DNA of 64,000 bases, from contig JADFXU010000003.1 in NCBI GenBank assembly GCA_015233365.1, positions 41,307-105,306 of the forward strand, in the 5' to 3' direction. Below, in pieces: positions 60,936-64,000 of the stretch. Both the position numbers and the translations under genes were made by a program. The first letter of the stretch is position 1. Each line of letters opens with the position of its first letter. Below the pieces are notes generated by a model. That model had not been told where the DNA came from, made no database searches, and saw nothing but the letters and a program-made list of their open reading frames with translations. Source of the stretch: Nitrospirota bacterium (lineage in GTDB: Bacteria > Nitrospirota > Thermodesulfovibrionia > Thermodesulfovibrionales > Dissulfurispiraceae).

Positions 60936-61115
60936 AGTGTAATGAGGATATGTCCCTTCTGCTCAGGCGCTGCGTCTTGACAGTTCTAACGGCTCATTCG
61001 CTACAGTCGCAAAACTCGCCTTCGGCTCAGACATTGCGACTGCTTAACGCTCACTTCGCCGAGAACTGTTACCAAGACTCCGCGATTCGCTCCAGAGACA
61101 CATCCTCATTACACT
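60936..61115. repeat. foldback element E3: 19-bp arms (1 mismatch) around a 142-bp core that itself pairs along most of its length
   Basis: AGTGTAATGAGGATATGTC (60936-60954) pairs with GACACATCCTCATTACACT (61097-61115). Inner pairings are GTCTTG/CAAGAC, ACAGTTCT/AGAACTGT, CGGC/GCCG and CAGTCGCAA/TTGCGACTG. The arm mismatch becomes G-U in the minus-strand RNA. Confidence 0.85.
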
Positions 61116-61121
61116 CATTAT

Positions 61122-61715
61122 CTATTTGTATTTCCTCACTACCGCTGTTACCACTCCTGCTATCTTTAATTCATTTTTCGGTCTTATGGGTTTATACAGG
61201 GGATTTGCCGGTATAAGGCTCACGCTGTCTCCCCTCTTTTTGAGATACTTCATGGTCCACTGGCCGTCGACTTCAGCAATAACTATATCTCCGCTCCTGG
61301 GGACCTGTCCCTTATCGACGATCACCATATCGCCCGGGAGTATGCCGGCCCCGGACATGGAGTCTCCGGACACTTTGAGTAAAAAGGTGGCCTGGGGGTT
61401 TTGTATGAGAAGTGCATCGAGCGACATTGTATCCGCAAGCTCTTCCTCAGCAGGGCTCGGGAACCCTGCCTCCACCGTGCCGAGCACTCTTACCGGCGCT
61501 CCTATAGAGCCGGGTATCAGTCGCCCTTTACGATCTCTTTTTATGACCCCCCTCTGTTCCAGGGTGTTAACAAGTTTAAAAACCGCATTTTTTGAATGCA
61601 GCCCTACCATCACCCCGATTTCAGAGAAACTCGGCATCCTGCCGTTTTTATCCAAAAAAACAGCGATATCTTTGACCCTGCTCCTCATCCTGTCTTCTTT
61701 AACATTCCCCGGCAT
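61122..61715 (-). CDS. lexA: LexA repressor (LexA DNA-binding wHTH + S24 peptidase)
   Basis: LVNTLEQRGVIKRDRKGR wHTH, an AG cleavage-site region (VEAGFPSPA), and the S24 catalytic GDSM...K. I chose Met 61715 as the start because the promoter and operator lie inside the longer track ORF (61769). Confidence 0.9.
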   Translation of the reverse strand: MPGNVKEDRMRSRVKDIAVFLDKNGRMPSFSEIGVMVGLHSKNAVFKLVNTLEQRGVIKRDRKGRLIPGSIGAPVRVLGTVEAGFPSPAEEELADTMSLDALLIQNPQATFLLKVSGDSMSGAGILPGDMVIVDKGQVPRSGDIVIAEVDGQWTMKYLKKRGDSVSLIPANPLYKPIRPKNELKIAGVVTAVVRKYK

Positions 61716-61721
61716 AGTTAA

Positions 61722-61751
61722 ATTATAAAGTGAACGATCGTTCACTGTCAA
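61722..61751 (-). promoter_or_regulatory. lexA promoter with an embedded LexA operator
   Basis: The minus strand reads TTGACA-gtGAACGATCGTTCactt-TATAAT-ttaact-ATG. AGTGAACGATCGTTCACT (61729-61746) is a perfect 18-bp palindrome of the GAAC-N4-GTTC (Cheo box) type. Only 6 nt separate the -10 element from the ATG. Confidence 0.7.
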
Positions 61752-61793
61752 GTTGGCGAATTGGATCATCAGAAATCTATTCGAAACTGATTC

Positions 61794-62003
61794 GTTGCAT
61801 CATTTAAAAATCTATCCAAGAGCAGGCGGGACATTGTGCCGTCGCCTTCGAGCAAGGCGGGATGCCTTCGCACCCCAAAAGTCGAGACTTTTGGGGACCC
61901 CGTTGCGAGATTTGAGCCGAGGCACTGTGTCCTGACTGCTCGACACCACTACATCGAACGCTAATAACCAAATATTCTCGAATAGATTTTTACGTGATGC
62001 AAC
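61794..62003. repeat. foldback element E4: 22-bp arms (2 mismatches) around a 166-bp core
   Basis: GTTGCATCATTTAAAAATCTAT (61794-61815) pairs with ATAGATTTTTACGTGATGCAAC (61982-62003). An extra AAATCTATTCGA (61773-61784) is complementary to 61978-61989. The core holds a perfect 9-bp hairpin, CCCCAAAAG-tcgaga-CTTTTGGGG. Confidence 0.85.
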
Positions 62004-62045
62004 ACGGCTGGAAGGTCAACTATCGGTACCTTGCGGACGACCTGA

Positions 62046-62342
62046 TCAACAACAACTGTTTTTTTTATCGCCACCGCTGCAGTCGCATGAGGGTTCGCCG
62101 CCGGAGATCATACTTTTTATAAGTGCCGCGGCGCAGCCTACCCCTTTGTCTACAGTCAATGCGCCAAAGGGGCAATTGTTTACGCAAGCCCCGCATTCCA
62201 TACACCTGTCTCTGTCCTGAATTACGGCCTTCTTATTACTCAAGGCAAGGACTTCGTGAGGACAAACCTCCAGGCACATCCCGCATCCGGTACAGCTTTC
62301 GGGAAATAATTCAAGACTCGCCGTATTCGACAGATATTTCAT
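62046..62342 (-). CDS. hgcB: mercury methylation ferredoxin HgcB
   Basis: 98 aa from Met 62342 (ATGA overlap with the hgcA stop). Two CX2CX2CX3CP clusters (CTGCGMCLEVCP, CMECGACVNNCP), including the HgcB-typical CMECGA. An extra Cys in GVGCAAAL and a C-terminal ...KKNSCC vicinal Cys pair. Confidence 0.85.
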   Translation of the reverse strand: MKYLSNTASLELFPESCTGCGMCLEVCPHEVLALSNKKAVIQDRDRCMECGACVNNCPFGALTVDKGVGCAAALIKSMISGGEPSCDCSGGDKKNSCC

Positions 62343-63475
62343 AATATACCCCACTGCGTCAGCTTGAACATTGTCAACAAAATAAATGAGACAACAGAAA
62401 ACAGGAGATAGGCGGGAATGGCAATTCTCAGCTCTTTTTTCACTCCCGACATCCCCGTAAACGTAGTTGAGCCCGTGAATTGCAGGGCAATGTATGAACT
62501 TGCCATGGGGAAAAACAGGTACGTGAAAATGAGGAGCAAGGTATTGTACTGCCCCGGAAATAGAATAAATCTTGTTGACAGGGAAATTGCAAGCAGTCCT
62601 GTTATCCATCCCTTGATCGCAAAAGACCTGAATGGGACAAACGGCAGAAGCGCAGGGGTCAACAGCGCACCGGCAAGCACCGATACGAGACCTAAAAGCA
62701 GAAAGGGTAATCCCCCGGCGAATGCATCTCTGAAGAGAATGCCGGAAGGCGCAAGCCCGAAAACAACCAGGATAAATCCCGCATATAACGGGAACTTTTT
62801 CATTGCGGGATTGATCTCCATCGGTGTGAGGACCAATCTGTCGGAGAGGGGAAATTTCACCCTCCGCATTTCCCTTGTTGCTTCATATCCGGCCTTTATG
62901 TAAGCAGGGATATCTTTTGCATGGACAGGCCCGTACAAAACATCAAAACCGGCAGACCGTTTTACTCTGAACGCACTGACACCGGGCGCTCCAAGCTGCG
63001 GGACGATAACACGTCTGTGGTCCACTACTTTGTTCAACTGTGCGACGGAAATCCGTTTTGCCAGTTCGGCGGTGCCAAAGGTGCCCTTTCCCGCAGCACA
63101 CCAGACATTGATACCTTTGGTATCCAGAACAAGAATCCATGCATTAAGGTCTTTAAGTTCACGTCTCAGCATGTCAAAGCTGTACTTGTAGTTGGCGCTT
63201 ACAAGGACATCCGAGTTATTGTCGGGATTACCCGCGGCATATAGACCTGGAACAACTCTATAATCGTCCCTGTATGCAGTGGTCCTGCATTTGAAATGTT
63301 CCCAGTAATCGGTCTTTGAAAGAGTGCTTGAGATTCTGGGGACCGGCCCTACCGGCGTCATCACAGTACCGATCACCCATTCCAGGGCAGGATGAAGGGC
63401 AGGACCGCCGCATTCGCAACAGGATACCGCTTCCTTCTTCCAGTCCAATTCGACCTTTAATTTCAGTTCAGGCAT
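62339..63475 (-). CDS. hgcA: mercury methylation corrinoid protein HgcA
   Basis: 378 aa. The cap-helix signature GINVWCAAGKGTFGT (N-V-W-C-A-A-G-K) sits in a CdhD-like corrinoid-binding domain. It is followed by a C-terminal domain with about 5 TM helices. Confidence 0.9.
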   Translation of the reverse strand: MPELKLKVELDWKKEAVSCCECGGPALHPALEWVIGTVMTPVGPVPRISSTLSKTDYWEHFKCRTTAYRDDYRVVPGLYAAGNPDNNSDVLVSANYKYSFDMLRRELKDLNAWILVLDTKGINVWCAAGKGTFGTAELAKRISVAQLNKVVDHRRVIVPQLGAPGVSAFRVKRSAGFDVLYGPVHAKDIPAYIKAGYEATREMRRVKFPLSDRLVLTPMEINPAMKKFPLYAGFILVVFGLAPSGILFRDAFAGGLPFLLLGLVSVLAGALLTPALLPFVPFRSFAIKGWITGLLAISLSTRFILFPGQYNTLLLIFTYLFFPMASSYIALQFTGSTTFTGMSGVKKELRIAIPAYLLFSVVSFILLTMFKLTQWGIL

Positions 63476-63487
63476 ATTTTGAATTTC

Positions 63488-63787
63488 TCACAATATCTCT
63501 TTTAGTATCGGGCCGAGTTGTACTTTCACCATCTCAACCATGTCTTCAACCTTGATCAAAGTTATACAACACACTTCTCCGTTCTTCTCCCAACTTGTGA
63601 CCGCAAGTTTATCTCCGGCCTTAATCCCGGCTTTTTCCCGCAGCTCCTTGGGCAATACCATTTGCCCCCGCTCATCCACGCTTATAACGGACTCGACTTT
63701 GCAGACAGCATTCGTCTTATTCGTTAACGCACTGCGGGACCGGGTTTCCTGCTTCTTCTTCACTGGATACTCCTTCACGGTATTCAT
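63488..63787 (-). CDS. AbrB/MazE/SpoVT-family DNA-binding protein, apparently co-transcribed with hgcAB
   Basis: 99 aa from Met 63787. VDERGQMVLPKELREKAGIKAGDKLAV is a SpoVT-AbrB swapped-hairpin motif. The stop lies 12 nt before the hgcA ATG. Confidence 0.7.
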   Translation of the reverse strand: MNTVKEYPVKKKQETRSRSALTNKTNAVCKVESVISVDERGQMVLPKELREKAGIKAGDKLAVTSWEKNGEVCCITLIKVEDMVEMVKVQLGPILKEIL

Positions 63788-63790
63788 ACC

Positions 63791-63835
63791 AATCAGATTA
63801 ATCTGATTATACTGATTAGTAAATATTTGTGTCAA
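63791..63835 (-). promoter_or_regulatory. promoter plus palindromic operator candidate of the abrB-like/hgcAB operon
   Basis: The minus strand reads TTGACA-N18-TATAAT (63835-63830 and 63811-63806). A perfect 18-bp palindrome, AATCAGATTAATCTGATT (63791-63808), overlaps the end of the -10 element and covers the predicted TSS, ending 3 nt before the ATG. A third AATCAG half-site lies at about 63812-63818. Confidence 0.5.
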
Positions 63836-64000
63836 TACCAGGCATGTTTGGGAGGTGATCCAGAGCAAAAACAAACTGAGACACTACCGATGTTTGAGTC
63901 TGCAATAACAGCGAGTCAGGGCCGGTTCTTTACATTAACTCAGATCATGATATGATGAATATAAGACGAATATTATCAGAAGACAACAATAGCTTAAATA

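Noticed and set aside
61760-61775. CUGAUGA on the minus strand next to E4, considered as a possible hammerhead ribozyme core.
   Set aside because: I could not build the flanking stems I-III or find a GAAA box in the right register. The sequence overlaps the region just upstream of the lexA promoter.
61016-61850. The shared TCGCCTTCG 9-mer in E3 and E4, considered as evidence that the elements are homologous.
   Set aside because: 9-mer coincidences are abundant by chance at this window size, and I could not extend the alignment convincingly by eye. I report it only as a weak hint.
15353-62003. The foldback elements as 6S RNA, retron msr/msd or Y-RNA.
   Set aside because: 6S and Y RNAs have imperfect closing stems, and a genome normally has one copy. 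Retron ncRNAs are followed by a reverse transcriptase gene, and none is present. Perfect 23-30-bp arms fit DNA-level elements better. These ideas remain only as remote alternatives.
1-64000. CRISPR arrays, rRNA genes, prophage, integrase or defence-system genes.
   Set aside because: I found no regularly spaced direct repeats, no rRNA-like stretches, and no cas, integrase, restriction or abortive-infection-like proteins among the translated ORFs.

Overview
This is a 64-kb chromosomal window from a Gram-negative-type bacterium (lpxC, skp/ompH, GT9 heptosyltransferase) that is flagellated (fliL, motAB, sigma-54 activator) and probably anaerobic. I count about 60 protein genes and 2 tRNAs (Leu-UAA, Pro-CGG). 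There is no rRNA, no CRISPR array and no intact mobile element, only a 48-codon IS3 orfA relic. Most genes are housekeeping: alr (partial), mobA, amrB, dnaB, rplI, rimO, thiL, lon, hsp20, galU, tldD, lpxC, tsaC, cysK, a split archaeal-type glutamate synthase, a DHH-CBS-CCA-type nucleotidyltransferase, an M1 peptidase, a Y-family polymerase and lexA. Signalling genes are unusually dense: 5 sensor kinases, 2 REC-kinase hybrids, 2 stand-alone receivers, a LuxR-type and an NtrC-type regulator, and an Hpt protein. Points worth a second look: (1) The right end carries an hgcA-hgcB mercury-methylation pair behind an AbrB/SpoVT-type regulator gene, whose promoter overlaps a perfect 18-bp palindrome. 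(2) A tightly packed corrinoid protein / URO-D-type methyltransferase / RACo-type activase / sensor kinase operon has no recognisable substrate methyltransferase. (3) Four intergenic foldback elements have 19-30 bp perfect or near-perfect inverted arms around 121-166 bp cores. They share size and architecture but not sequence; two of them bracket lexA and one abuts tRNA-Leu. (4) A Cheo-type LexA operator (GAACGATCGTTC) sits inside the lexA promoter. An identical copy sits inside a second promoter-like site upstream of a wHTH/nucleotidyltransferase-like gene and a 25-codon Lys/Ala-rich micro-ORF. (5) A GT-C(GT87)-GT2 fusion lies next to a polysaccharide deacetylase. (6) cysK and a GT9 gene are in the same frame, separated by a single TAA. 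All calls come from reading the sequence and the ORF track; no database search was run.
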